Shown here in pieces: positions 1 to 12,186 of a stretch of 44,856 bases of DNA. Made by a program: the position numbers and the translations under genes. The notes below the pieces were generated by a model. That model saw only the letters and a program-made list of their open reading frames with translations. It was not told the origin of the DNA and made no database searches. Positions within the stretch are counted from its first letter, which is position 1, and each line of letters opens with the position of its first letter. Origin of the DNA: Chiloscyllium plagiosum. Lineage: Eukaryota. The stretch lies in the NCBI RefSeq assembly GCF_004010195.1, contig NC_057720.1:23513503-23558358 (forward strand), given 5' to 3'.

Positions 1-500
1 TAGCTCAAATCCTCCAACCCTGGCAACATCCTTGTAAATCTTTTCTGAACCCTTTCAAGTTTCACAACATCTTTCTGCTAGGAAGGAAACCAGAATTGTA
101 CACAATATTCCAACAGTGGCCTAACCAATGTCCTGTACAGCCGCAACATGACCTCCCAACTCCTGTACTCAATGTTCTGACCAATAAAAGAAAGCATACC
201 AAATGCCTTCTTCACTATCTTACCTACCTGCGACTCCACTTTCAAGGAGCTATGAACCTGCACTCCAAGGTCTCTTTGTTTAGCAACACTCCCGAGGACC
301 CTACCATTAAGTGTATAAGTCCTGCTAACATTTGCTTTCCCAAAATGCAGCACCTCACATTTATCTAAATGAAACTCCATCTGCCACTTCTCAGCCCATT
401 GTCTCATCTGATCAAGATCCCATTGTAATCTGAGATAACCTTCTTCGCTCCAATACCTCCAATTTTGGTGTCATCTGCAAATGTACTAACTACACCTCTT
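1..500 (-). mobile_element. CR1 LINE ORF2 (RT C-terminal) fragment
   Basis: FADDTKIGG at ~455-481, followed by [39 protein letters not shown] (ORF 78..407). Confidence 0.92.
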
Positions 501-654
501 GCATGAAGAGCAGGTGGTTAGAGCTCCATGACAAAAATTTAAATCACATGCACACCAGCAGCACTTTCACTGCACACATGGTGGAGACTGCTGACTGATT
601 TTCCAGTATCATACGCTGACTCATCCACCCATCTGTACAACTGTAGACTATACC

Positions 655-1640
655 ACTATAAAATATAGGAGCAAACTTCGGCCCATTAGCCATTGGAACT
701 GCTCTGTCATTCGATCATGCATGATATGTTCCTCAACTTCATTTTCCTGCCTTCTTTCCCTAATCCTTGATCCCATTACCAGTCAAGAACCTAATTATCT
801 CTGTCTTAAGTACACTCAATATTTTGGCCTCCACGGCCCTCTGGTTCCACTGAACCATCACCCTCTGGCTAAGGAAATTCTTTCTTATCTCAGTTCATAA
901 GGTTTGCTCCCTCACCCTGAGACTGTGCCCTCAGCTTCTGGTCTTGCCTACTTCTCCACATCCACGCTATCCAGGTCTCTCAATATTGTGTAAGTTTCTG
1001 TAAACTCCATTGAGTACAGACAAAGATTCCTCAACCACTCCTCATATAACAAGCCCTTTGTCCCAGGGTCATTCATTTAATCCTCCTCTAAACCCCTCCA
1101 ATCCTTCCTTTAGATACAGAGCCCAAAATTGCTCACAATATACCAAATGCTGTCTGACCAGAGCCTTATACAGTCTCAGCACTACATCTCTACTCTTGTA
1201 TTCTAGCCCTCTCGGAATGAATGTTAATGTCGCATTTGCATTCCTAACTGCCAACTTCACCTGTATGTTAACCTTAAGAGAATCCTAAACTAGGTTTGCC
1301 AAGTGCTGCTGTACTTTAGATTTCCAAGCCTTTCCTCAGTTAGAAACAATGCATGCATCTATTCTTCCAAACAAAATGCATAACTTCAAACTTCTCACAT
1401 TTTATTCTATCTCCCACTTGCTTGCCAACTCTCCTAGCCTGTCCAAGTCCTTGCAGCCCCTTCACCTTTTCATCACTACCTGTCCCTCCATCCATCTTTG
1501 TGTCATCTGCAAACTTAGTAATAATGCTCTCAGTTCCTTAACATCATGGGCTCTTCTCTTCTTTAATAGCTTTGTTAATGCGATACCTTGTCAAAGGTTT
1601 TCTGGAAATCCAAATAGATCATGTCCATTGTATCACCTTT
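655..1640 (-). mobile_element. Degenerate CR1 LINE, 3' part (RT to 3'UTR)
   Basis: [26 protein letters not shown] (1069..1260); FADDTK at ~1495-1513; continues past the SINE. Confidence 0.85.
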
Positions 1641-1958
1641 TTTAGATTAGATTAGATTACTTACAGTGTGGAAACAGGCCCTTCGGCCCAACAAGTCCAC
1701 ACCGCCCCGCCGAAGCGCAACCCACCCATACCCCCTACATTTACCCTTTACCTAACACTACGGGCAATTTAGCATGGCCAATTCACTTGACCTGCACATC
1801 TTTGGACTGTGGGAGGAAACCGGAACACCCAGAGGAAACCCATGCAGACACGGGGAGAACGTGCAAACTCCACACAGTCAGTCGCCTGAGGCGGGAATTG
1901 AACCCGAGTCTCTGGAGCTGTGAGGCAACAGTGCTAACCACTGTGCCACCGTGCCGCC
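1641..1958 (-). mobile_element. HE1-type (V-SINE) tRNA-derived SINE, full length, inserted in CR1
   Basis: Minus strand: tRNA-like head with A box TGGCACAGTGG and B box GGTTCAATTCC, V-domain gtgtggagtttgcacgttctccccgtgtctgc, (TCTAA)n tail; 7-bp TSD caccttt at 1634-1640 and 1959-1965. Confidence 0.9.
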
Positions 1959-3140
1959 CACCTTTATCTAACTTGCTCCTTATATCCTCAAGGAATTCTA
2001 ACAGATTTGTCAGGCATGACCTCCCCTGGATCAAGCTATTCTGGCAGACCATTATTTCACAATGCACTTCTGAGTACTCTGCTATCTTATCCTAAAAGTG
2101 ATCTCTTAAATTTTACCAATGACCAAGGTCTGACGAACAGGCCTATAACTTCCTGTCTTCTGTCTCTCTCCCTTCTTACTCAGGGATGTTACATTTGCCA
2201 CTTTCCAGTTATTGGGAAGTCTCCCTAGTTCCAGTGGTTCTTAAATGATCTCCACCAATGCCTCCACAATCTCCTCAGCTATCTCCTTCTGAGCCCTGGG
2301 GCGTAATCAATCCAGTCTGGGGATTTTTCCACCTTTAGGCATTTCAGCTTCCCAGCACCTCTCCTTAGTGATCACCACTAAACTCACCTCTGCTGGAAGT
2401 TCTGATATGCTACTGCAGTCTTCCACTGTGAAGACTCATACAAAGTACCTATTCGGTTCCTCTATCATTCCTTTGTTTCCCATTACTACTTTTCTGGTCT
2501 TATTTTTCAGCGTTCCAACGTCTACTCTTGCCTCTTTCTCTTTTGCCCTCACATTTCTTTCTCTACCCCCTTACTGCTTTTTAGTTAACTTCTGTTAGTT
2601 TTTAAAATCTTCCCATTCCTCTGGCTTCCCACTAATCTTCACCACACGATATGTTTTTCTTTTGATTTTATGCTGTTCCTGACTTTCCTTCTCAATCATT
2701 GTTGCCTCTTCCTTTCCTTGTTTTATTGCTTCTTCCTTGGGACAAATTTCTGTTGTTCCTCCTGAAATGACCCTAGAAATTCCTGCCATTGCTGTTCCAC
2801 CATCTTCCCTGCTAGGTTCCCTTTCCAATCAACTCTAGCCAGCTCCCCCCTCATCTCATTCTAGTTATCTTTATTGTTTTGTAATTCTGTTACATCTGAT
2901 TCAAGCTCCTCCTTCTCAAACTGCAGGGTGAATTCTATCATATTATGGTCACTGTTCCCTCGAGGTTCCTTCATCTTATCCTCTCTAATCAAGTCTGCCT
3001 TATTCCACATCACCAAATCCAGAATTGCCTGTCCCCTAGCAAGGTCTTCTACAAACTGCTCCAAAAACCATCTTGTACACACTCTGTGAAGTCCTTTACA
3101 TGGAACCTGTGACCAACCAAATGTTTCCATCCACCTGCAT
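1959..3140 (-). mobile_element. Degenerate CR1 LINE, endonuclease C-terminus to RT N-terminus (same copy as 655-1640)
   Basis: GRSCLTNLLEF at ~1990-2030; AILDLV..GNSDHNMIEF (2861..3130). Confidence 0.85.
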
Positions 3141-3851
3141 ACAAATGAATGATTTTATAGTCATTATATTTGACAGTGAGAAAAAAACAGCAAAATACAG
3201 CGAAATGCTTTTCCACTGTCACCACAATCTGGAGCCTTTTTGAATAGTTTTAAAAATAAGGAAAAAAGACAGATACAGTTTAACAAGAGTCCATCAGTCC
3301 TGAGCCAGCTCATCATCAACAATGTCTCCATTGCCTCGCTACCATCTACATTGGACCCAGCCAACGTCAAATGGCCACTCTTTAGGAGAAATTTCACTGC
3401 TGGGTCAATTCTCCCCCGGCACTGCCACCTGTGCCAGACCTGCTAGTGCCAGACTTGCCAGTGTCAGAGTCACATCTGAAACCACTGGGCCCACCTTGAT
3501 GTCACTGTGATGCACTTTCACCACCACTTCACCGCTGCCAGTGCCAGATACCACCAACAATGAAGTCGCCGATCCTCAGGCACCACCTTTCGTTGCTGGA
3601 CCTACTTTGCCAATGTCTTCTCTACCAATGTAGAATCTGCTGATTCAATGCCAGATCCAGTCCTCACCTACTTCCTGCCACCACGATGTTTGTGCTGCAC
3701 CCTCTTGAGTCTATGCTGGGGTTCCTCACTGCCGCTGATGCTGTCCAAGCTCAAGACAGGAGATAAGTCAAAAGAAAGAGAAACGTAAAGAGAAGCTATT
3801 GGTGCGGATGAGCCCTGGCTCAGGACCCCGACTCTGCCACCATCTTCATGA

Positions 3852-4459
3852 CATATCTCAATAGCAGTGTGCCCCCCAAACTAATTTGAAAGGAGACACA
3901 CAATTAAGAAGCCATATTCAGGAACCCTGTCCAATTAGGAATGGCAAGCATGGCTAATGAGCACAGATTGAAATTGGCATCACAGAGGCATGATATCAAA
4001 GTCACCCATGATGATTGCAATAGTGCCTTTCTTGCATGCTTTTTCTATCTCCTGATTAATTTTCTTCCCCACATCCTGGCTACTACTCGGTGGCCTGTAC
4101 ACAACTCCCATCAGGATCTTTGTCCTTTTGTGATTCCTCAACTCTCCCTTCACAGATTCTGGACCTTCTGACCATATATCGCTTCTTGCTATCAATTTCA
4201 TTTCATTTCTTAGCCGTAAGGCAAAGCCTGCTCCCTCTGCCCATCTGCCTATCCTTTTGACAGGAGGTGTACCCTTGGATATTTAGTTCTCAGCCTGATC
4301 CCCTTGCAGCCATGTCTCTGTGATGCCAGTTTCATTCTGTGTGACAGTCTCATTACCTGGGCTCACCATGCCCAATCGGACAGGGTTCCTGAATGTGGCC
4401 TCTTAATTGTATGTCTCTCTTAAAATTAGCTGTGGAGGCACACTGCTGTTGTGAATATG
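3852..4459. repeat. ~105-bp imperfect inverted repeat (3852-3961 / 4349-4459) bracketing a CR1 fragment; MITE-like
   Basis: Left arm ...caattaagaagccatattcaggaaccctgtccaattagg... is the near reverse complement of ...cccaatcggacagggttcctgaatgtggcctcttaattg... Confidence 0.75.
3962..4330 (-). mobile_element. CR1 AP-endonuclease fragment
   Basis: LMGVVYRPP...IIMGDF motifs (ORF 3980..4201). Confidence 0.8.
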
Positions 4460-5409
4460 GTTAGGACTAAAAATAATTCTGACTGCAAAAGATTTTTTGA
4501 AGTCCAGAATACAGGTAGAAAAGTAAGTTACGAAAGTGATGTAAGGACGCTATAAAAATATATAGATAGCTAAGCCTGTGGGCAAAGATGTAGCAAATGG
4601 AATATAATGTAGAAAATGTGAAATTACCCATTTTGGCAGGAAGAATTTTTTAAAAGGTTATCTCAATGATGAGTGATTAGAAAACATTGAGGTGCAAATA
4701 ACTCTGTTGCCCTCATGCATGAATTGCACAAGGCTAGTCTGCAGATACAGCAAGAAATTAGGAAAGCTTGTAGAGTGCAGGTAGTTCTTGGATAACATGC
4801 TCCCGGCAACACGATTTGTTTCTAATGTTGCTGAGGAATTAAGGAATGGGAGTTTCGAGAACGCTTACCTCTGTTTTCAATGACACAATTCCAGTGGTGA
4901 TAGTTTTGTGCTCTTCATTCTGCATATGCGGCAATGTCCGTGCCTGTCTTTGTGCCATTCTGCACGCGTGCCGATGCCAGCTGCCAACAGAGCAGCTTTC
5001 TGTGAGAGGTACGGTACAGAGAGTAGCTTTCTGAGCAAGATACATTGAGCAGCTCCCATGAAATGTACTCTATTCCTAGAGTATCCCTGTTTTTTTGAAA
5101 AAGTGGAGGGGCATAGTGACAAGAATGTTAGCAAGAAACATCTTAGTGATAAAATTGTGGGTGGTGAACTCAAAAGAAAGGCTATAACACTGGAAGAGAA
5201 CTTAGATGTTGTAAGGCATTTTGAGCATGAGGAAAGAATATGTCATATAGCTCATTCAATATGAATGAGGGAATATCTTACACACCCATGATGAACCTCT
5301 GTCCCTACATTAACAATATTTATAAATTACTGAATACTGTGTTAAATTTACTTTTGTTTTGTTGATAGATATGATTTCAACCTTTATACAGGCTGAGCTA
5401 TACTTTGTG

Positions 5410-5534
5410 GAGAAAGTGAGGTCTGCAGATGCTGGAGATCAGAGCTGAAAATGTGTTGCTGGAAAAGCGCAGCAGGTCAGGCAGCATCCAGGGAACAGGA
5501 GAATCGACGTTTCGGGCATAAGCCCTTCTTCAGG
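5410..5534 (-). mobile_element. PLE-terminus-derived short element, family A, with intact minimal hammerhead motif
   Basis: Perfect 10-bp TSD atactttgtg (5400-5409, 5535-5544); minus strand begins cctgaagaagggcttatgcccgaaacgtcgattc. Confidence 0.8.
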
Positions 5535-5536
5535 AT
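5503..5536 (-). ncRNA. Minimal type I hammerhead ribozyme motif
   Basis: AUC-CUGAAGA-A-GGGC-UUAU-GCCC-GAAA-CG-UC^GAU: full catalytic core, 4-bp stem II, 3-bp stem I, palindromic ACGU; predicted cut between 5506 and 5505. Activity untested. Confidence 0.7.
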
Positions 5537-5862
5537 ACTTTGTGTCAGACTTTCTGGTGATTTTTGAGCGATTGTGCATGACATTTGTTGTTGGTCTACC
5601 CCAACCTCACTTTTCCCATAGGACTCATTATTTCTATTAAGAGAGGTTTTGCTGGAATGGAGCTAGGACATTATAGGAGACCTACCTGTGTTGGAAATTA
5701 TCATAGGGATATTGCATTCAAAAGGCATGGGATGCTTCAGTCATATACTGGCACAAGTCAGACCACATCTGAGTATTGTGCACGGTATTAATCACCTTAT
5801 TTAACACAGAATGTCACTGTATGAGAGGCAGTTCAGTGAAAGTGGAACTGATAACTGCAATG

Positions 5863-6077
5863 AGCTGAAAATGTGTTGCTGGTAAAGCACAGTAGGTCAG
5901 GCAGCATCCAAGGAACAGGAGAATCGACGTTTCGGGCATAAGCCCTTCATCAGGAAGGGCTTATGCCCGAAACATCGATTCTCCTGTTCCTTGGATGCTG
6001 CCTGACCTGCTGTGCTTTACCAGCAACACATTTTCAGCTCTGATCTCCAGCATCTGCAGACCTCACTTTCTCCTCCT
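5863..6077. mobile_element. Palindromic family A element (87-bp arms 5862-5948 / 5954-6040)
   Basis: TSD tgataactg(c/g)aatg (5849-5862, 6078-6091); minus-strand core CUGAUGA-A-GGGCUUAUGCCC-GAAACGUC intact; plus-arm copy lacks CUGAUG. Confidence 0.85.
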
Positions 6078-6633
6078 TGATAACTGGAATGGGCAGCTTA
6101 TCCTCAGAAAAAAAGTTGAACAGGCTAGACTTGTATCCACTGGAGTTAGAAAAGCAAAAAGTAATTTACTAGAAGCATAAAAGATCAGAGGTGTCTTGGT
6201 AGGATAAATGTGGACAGGGTGTTTCTTTTTACAGGAGAATCTAGAATTAGGTTGACTGTTTAAAAATTATGGGTTGCCTATTTAACACAGAGATGAGATG
6301 GAATTTTGCCTGTCAGCATGTCATGACTCTTTGGAACTCTCTTCCTGTAAAAGTGGCGAAAGTAGAGTCTTTATCAAGAAAGGGGTTAAAAGATTATCAG
6401 GTAAGTGGAAAAGTAGATTTGAGGATACAGTTGAATGGTGGATTGCCTGAGTGTCCTCCTCCTGCTCCTACTTCAAATGTTTGTAGAGTTAGCCCAATTA
6501 ATACTGACTATTTCAGGCAATGGAGGAACAGGCTTGTTCCAGTTTGAAATTCTACAAAGATTGAGCAATATTTTCTCATGAAAACTATATTTAGTTGGCA
6601 GTATTGAGGTTTTGGTTGGACCCACAGTTGTCA

Positions 6634-6706
6634 TCCACACCATTAATACTTCCACAACATTAATACTTCCACATCATTAATACTTCCACACCATTAATAC
6701 TTCACA
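6634..6706. repeat. 17-bp tandem repeat, ~4 copies
   Basis: cattaatacttccaca(a/t/c) units, last one with a 1-nt deletion. Confidence 0.9.
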
Positions 6707-8484
6707 ACTTGTAAGAGGACAATTTCATTTAGATAGCCATTTCCAAGTCAGGTTTCAATCTGAGTTTAACAATTGCCCTTAACTGGATTCAACTTATTTT
6801 TGCTTTTTAAAAGCTTTAATCAATGCAAGTGTGTACCTTACTAGTCTCTTCAAAACTTTGCTGACAGAATTGCCAGCTTCTTATAAAGTAGAAAATTTGT
6901 GGTAACGTCATCTGTCCACTGTGAATGGCAGGAACTGTACTTGATGTCTGCAGCTCTCATCATTTCAAATTCACAGAATTGCATACCCAATTTATATAGG
7001 ACATGAAAAACATGGTGAACATCATCTAGCTAGCTCCAAACTTTGACATTACTCTCCCCCATCCATCATATATTTTACTGGCCTTCTCAGTTGAAAGGCC
7101 ATTCATTCTGCTCATGAATTTCCTGGCACTAGCTATCACAGTTGTTTCCTATATCCAACATTCTCTTTGTAAACTGTTCATTAACCTTCCCTGTTCTGAG
7201 CTTAAGTTTATATTCTGCTGTAACATTTATGATTGGATGCAATATATTATTCTGGGAGAATTTATGTAGGAGTTCTAAATTCAATAACGTTTCCACTGAG
7301 CTCTCTGGTACCAAGTTTAGATATTCTCAATTTTGTTAGCCATTTCCTAGGTTCAGATACCAAATGTAAATGTTTGCTCTAGTTTCACTTCTTAGATTGT
7401 CACTTTTGTATAAAACGATTGTCTGACAATCACCAAGAGTCAGAGCGAATGTTATCAGAACACTGTTTATAGTGTGATTATTGTAGAGTAGATAAAAAAA
7501 AGTAAGCTTTGAAAAATATGTGCATATAATGCAAAATAAATTGCTGTCTGTACAATTATTAAATCTCTTGGGGAAAATTACACAATTTCTTTTATGTCAT
7601 GCATGTTTTATTTTTTATTTAAACTATTAAATGCATTTTAATGCAGAAATTATAGCCTTGAAGCAGGACTATTGATCATTTTTATATATTTATTTTTGAA
7701 GTTGCAAGCATTTCTTTAATTAAATCTGGAAATGTATTTTAGCATGATGCTTTATCCTCACATATGGCATGGTTGTAGAATAGGAAATATGGTGTACTCC
7801 GTTAGCATACCTCGAGGCACAGCCTGGCTGATAGGATTGTGTATTGAATAATGTTACAGAGAATTATAATAAGCAAACAGTTCAGCCCAACAAGTCTGTA
7901 TTGGTGTTTACCCTTCAAACAAAAAGTAGTCCCAATCCCAGCTGCCTGCTTTATTACCATATCTCATTTTTTCCCTTCCTTTAAACATCTAATTAACCTA
8001 TTGTTAAATATGCCAATTCCTCCAACACCTTGTGAAAATAAGATTTTGTGACCCTCACCCAAATTTCTTCAAATTAATACCAATTATATCCAACTCCCCT
8101 CAAAAGAAACAGTATTAACCAATCCATTCCAAGAGAGGCCAGCTCTTTCTAGCTATTGTAAAGGTCATGTAAATGAACTTTGAGCAATCTCAATACCATT
8201 GCTGTGGGATTCTTACCCAACATTCAACAAAAGTTGGCACAATGTAAGACAATCCAAAAGAAAGGTTGCTGTGAAAAACTAGAATGCCATAAGTGTCTCA
8301 TAAAATGTGCTATTTTAGGATTCTGGCTGAGACATTTAAGAACCCCTAGAGTTCATCAGTATCTGCCCACATCAGAACACGTCTGATGGATGAGGACTGC
8401 ATGGCAAAGTGTTTTGTTTTTCAAAACTGATACCTTTTATGTTGGTGATTATCTAAAAATCAACATGCTTTGTCAGAAATAACG

Positions 8485-8630
8485 AGAAAGAATTTGAATT
8501 TATATGGTGCCTTATTAAGTCCTTGGAAGTACTTTATATCTTCGGAATTATATTTGAACAACAGTCATCGTTGCTCAGCAGGCAATCTCTGCAACGTCAG
8601 CAGTAATGAGATGAACGAGCTAATCTATCC
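8485..8630 (-). mobile_element. Very degenerate 3' end of a Deu-type SINE / L2-like tail
   Basis: agaaagaatttgaatttatatggtgcctt is the reverse complement of an aaggcgctatataaatgcaag-type tail. Confidence 0.4.
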
Positions 8631-9137
8631 TTGCTAAATGAAGGTGAATGATGGAAGCTATGAAGTCCGAGGGCTGGACAAGGATCAAGATAAAATAGTG
8701 AGCCTTAAATTCAGACACAGGAATTATCTCGAAGAAGGTCTGTCTGTAGCTGAACGGAGAAAATAAGACAAGCAAAGAGATTTTGAAAAGCTAATATACA
8801 TAATCTGCATAGATAATCAATGTAATTTACTGTGATTCTTCTCACCACCTAACACTTTACTGCTCCTCAATATCATGTTTACTCTTTTATTTCTCAACGA
8901 GACAGGCCTGCATGTCTCCAATCAATTCCTCTACTCTCCTTTCTCTCTCTCCCTCTGCTTCTCATGCTTCAGTGCCTTGCAATAGATGGAACAAGAATCT
9001 ATAATTTATTTAAATATACAGTAGATGACCTGTCAATGAATATTCCATTTGGGCAATTGAAGAGCCTTGTACACACAGGGCAGTTGTTCCTCTTCATGCT
9101 CCACTATTAACTTGAGATCTAGCTGATCATAAATCTA

Positions 9138-9228
9138 TGATCAGCCTGAAGTCCTGAAGAAGGGCTTATGCCCGAAACGTGGATGCTGCCTGACCTGCTG
9201 CGCTTTTCCAGCAACACATTTTCAGCTA
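9138..9228 (+). mobile_element. Family A short element with internally deleted hammerhead
   Basis: CTGAAGA-A-GGGCTTATGCCC-GAAACGT at 9154-9180, then a deletion removing the cleavage C; 14-bp TSD tgatcataaatcta (9124-9137, 9229-9242). Confidence 0.8.
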
Positions 9229-11066
9229 TGATCATAAATCTAACCTGTTCAACTAATAGCTTGGCTACAAAATTTAAGTCAATTTTTCTGATTGACATAC
9301 AACTCCTGAATGAGAGGACTTCTGTCTATCATGGAAGTGCCTATTTGTACCCCACCTATTTTATATTGTGAGGTAATGAATGCAATGATTAACACACTAA
9401 ATATGAGCATAGTTGTTTCTTCAGCCATCATTGCCCTCTCCTGTGCCCTCACCATCTCCTCATTGATATCAAGGCTGGTCATACCTTAAAACATATTATT
9501 CCCAACCCAAACTTAGGATGGCCAGTTCGAATATGTTTGGGGTTTGGCGATTGAGTTTTGGGAAGTTTACCTAACAGCCAATGATGGGCCTAACAGGAAG
9601 CCCTATCAGTTTTGAAAACCAAAATGGATTAGCAGTTACCCACTGGACTTTGGGCAAAAAAAATGAATGCACTGCTAAACATGATATTGAGGAGCTAAAT
9701 GGATAGTATCTCAGCCACAGGAAGGGGGAAACTGGAGATGTGGGTTTGGACTGATGGTGGAGATGAGGCAGTGACTCTGAATTGTTTAATTCATTATAAT
9801 GAAACTTAGCTGTATTCTCTTCAGCTGGGCTACCAATTACAGAGCATTGTGCTGTTCCATCTCAATACAATGCTGTCCTAAAATGACAAACAGTGTTTAT
9901 AATAAAAATCCATATTATCCATGTGACAATGTGTGCCAAAAGAACCTGACTCAGACATGCTGCCCAGCAGTCGGCTTGGTGGAAGTTACAGTGTTCCCAG
10001 CAATGGTATATCAACCTCTACTAATTTTGAGACACAACTGCTCCATTCTTACTATTGGCTAAGAATCAAAAACTACAATGATGATAAATGAAAAGGTGAG
10101 AATCTTTACCAGAGAGTGAATAAATTCAGTGTTTGGTTTTGTAACTGTAAATAACAAGAAAGACGGCTGTATTTGTTTCTTTCTTGGCTGAATTTCTTTG
10201 GGATAAAGTTAAAGCAGTTTTATTTCAGCAGTTGTTCAGAATGAGAATGTAACCATTTTCTGAAGTTAAAAAAAAGCTGTTCTTGAGTATATTTTGGAAA
10301 CATTTAGAAGAAAGTCTGTCAAAAATCTGGTCTCATAATGAATAGCATTTAGTTTACAGTCAGAAATTCCTACCAGATCATGCTGGAAAAGTATTTACAC
10401 TACACAATAGCAAACAGCATCATGTTCATGTTCCAGCAAAATGGATATGCTCAAGGTAAAATTTTGGGCAGGCATCAATTCTCGTTTACATGTGACTGGC
10501 AGGAAGTAATCAAGAGTGAGGGGTAATTGGAAGATCACAGAAGGCAATGATGATCAGGAGAGGAAAGATGGAGTAATCAGTATTGGAAGCAGAGATCAGG
10601 ATATGGAATGGGTACAGCAAACAAAAATTAAGAGTTATTAAACAGCAGCTCTCTACGTGAATGTACAGTGCAACCACTTGACATTGGTCTTTCCAGTACA
10701 GAATCACAGCATGATACAGTATGAAAGGTAACTATCATGTCAGCTTTTGGTAGAAAATTGATCTTTAAATTAACAGGAGCATAGCAATATACTCAAGTTA
10801 GTTAGTTTCCACTTTGAACTTGTTCTGCCATTCACTGAGACCATGACTTCTCCCGACACGCATCTCCTAATACCTTCATTTAACAAAAATAACCTTCCAA
10901 TATCAGATCTATAATTTACAACTGAATTAGCATCAAATGTCAACTGTGAATGGGTGTTTGGAAAGATTGGACTCTAGTTTTTATATCATACCCTCAAATT
11001 TAAGACTCCCAAAGTTATAAGTCAAACCAAATGGCATTTCTACTTTGGCACTGCCTTTCATCAAGA

Positions 11067-11190
11067 ATGATTCGGAGATGCCGGTGTTGGACTGGGGTGT
11101 ACAAAGTTAAAAATCACACAACACCAGGTTATAGTCCAACAGGTTTAATTGGAAGCTCACTAGCTTTCGGAGCGACGCTCCTTCATCTGA
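11067..11190 (-). mobile_element. Family B PLE-terminus-derived element, truncated in the hammerhead core
   Basis: Closely similar to 22914-23032; minus strand gatgaaggagcgtcgctccgaaagctagtg with CAGAUGA instead of CUGAUGA. Confidence 0.8.
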
Positions 11191-11278
11191 TGATTCTCTT
11201 GCAACAAATAAACATAAAAAGCAGGAACAAGAAAGTGTCAGACTTTGAATCTGCACTGTGAACAGGATCTTTTGTATA

Positions 11279-11332
11279 TAAGTTAGCTCGCTGAGCTTGA
11301 AGATTTATTTACAGATGTTTCGTCACCATACT
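11279..11332 (-). mobile_element. Family C PLE terminus fragment
   Basis: aagttagctcgctgagc... matches the termini at 24105 and 25069; minus strand ggtgacGAAAcatc is the 3' half of a hammerhead. Confidence 0.65.
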
Positions 11333-11599
11333 AATTAGGATTTCTAATCACTAATTAGGATTTTTTTCTACTTAAAATGCTTTATAGATTTGTTGGTGTT
11401 AATAATCTCAGGAAAAAAAAATTGTGACCCACACAGAGCATTCTTTAGTTGTAATTTAATGACCCAGTCAAATGAATGGAACTGGAAAGTATTTTCTGCA
11501 TCTGGTTAACAACAGGAGGTGCTTCACCATGGGTAATGGAAATGCCTATTTTACAGGTTGGTTCTTATGTTGAAATGCAATTATAAGGGTATAAGGGTT

Positions 11600-12186
11600 T
11601 AAGACTTTATAAAGCTCTGGTTAGGCCCCATTTGGAGTACTGTGTCCAGTTTTGGTCCCCACACCTCAGGAAGGACATACTGGCACTGGAACGTGTCCAG
11701 CGGAGATTCACACGGATGATCCCTGGAATGACAGGTCTAACATATGAGGAACGGCTGAGGATACTGGGATTGTATTCGTTGGAGTTTAGAAGATTAAGGG
11801 GAGACTTAATAGAGACGTACAAAATAATACATGGCTTGGAAAAGGTGGATGCTAGGAAATTGTTTCAGTGAAACGAGGAGACTAGGACCCGTGGACACAG
11901 CCTTAGAATTAGAGGGGGTCATTTCAGAACAGAAATGCGGAGACATTTCTTCAGCCAGAGAGTGGTGGGCCTGTGGAATTCATTGCCACGGAGTGCAGTG
12001 GAAGCCGGGACGCTAAATGTCTTCAAGGCCAAGATTGATAGATTCTTGTTGTCTAGAGGAATTAAGGGCTACGGGGAGAACGCTGGTAAGTGGAGCTGAA
12101 ATGCACATCAGCCATGATTGAATGGCGGAGTGGACTCGATGGGCCGAATGGCCTTACTTCCACTCCTATGTCTTATGGTCTTATGT
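11600..12186 (+). mobile_element. Young 5'-truncated CR1 LINE with 3'UTR and tandem tail
   Basis: [54 protein letters not shown]; CpGs retained; tail tatgtcttatggtcttatg. Confidence 0.93.

Larger units (their letters stand above)
4778..5688 (+). mobile_element. Internally deleted Tigger/pogo-family DNA transposon
   Basis: TIRs caggtagttcttggataac / attataggagacctacctg; remnant KRKAITLEENLDVVRHFEHEERICHIAHSI resembles the N-terminal CENP-B/psq HTH of Tigger transposases. Confidence 0.8.
4500..6490 (+). mobile_element. Old degenerate CR1 3' fragment interrupted by a Tigger element and a PLE-derived palindrome
   Basis: CR1-like nucleotide motifs (tgggcaaagatgtagcaaatggaatataatg; gaccacatctgagtattgtg; ctttggaactctcttcc) are collinear across the insertions. 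Confidence 0.7.

Noticed and set aside
1880..1958. tRNA gene
   Set aside because: The A/B boxes belong to the tRNA-derived head of an HE1 SINE
3400..3848. GC-richer block possibly the 5' end of a LINE on the minus strand (gaagatggtggc..)
   Set aside because: Too degenerate to assign
6634..6706. Regularly spaced direct repeats as a CRISPR-like array
   Set aside because: Contiguous 17-bp tandem units with no unique spacers, in eukaryotic DNA
9279..9482. Coding-looking ORF MTSLDINEEMVRAQERAMM.. as PLPPR5 exon 2 or a small membrane protein
   Set aside because: No similarity to the expected exon 2 (IIVGE..DCCYINP) and no other support
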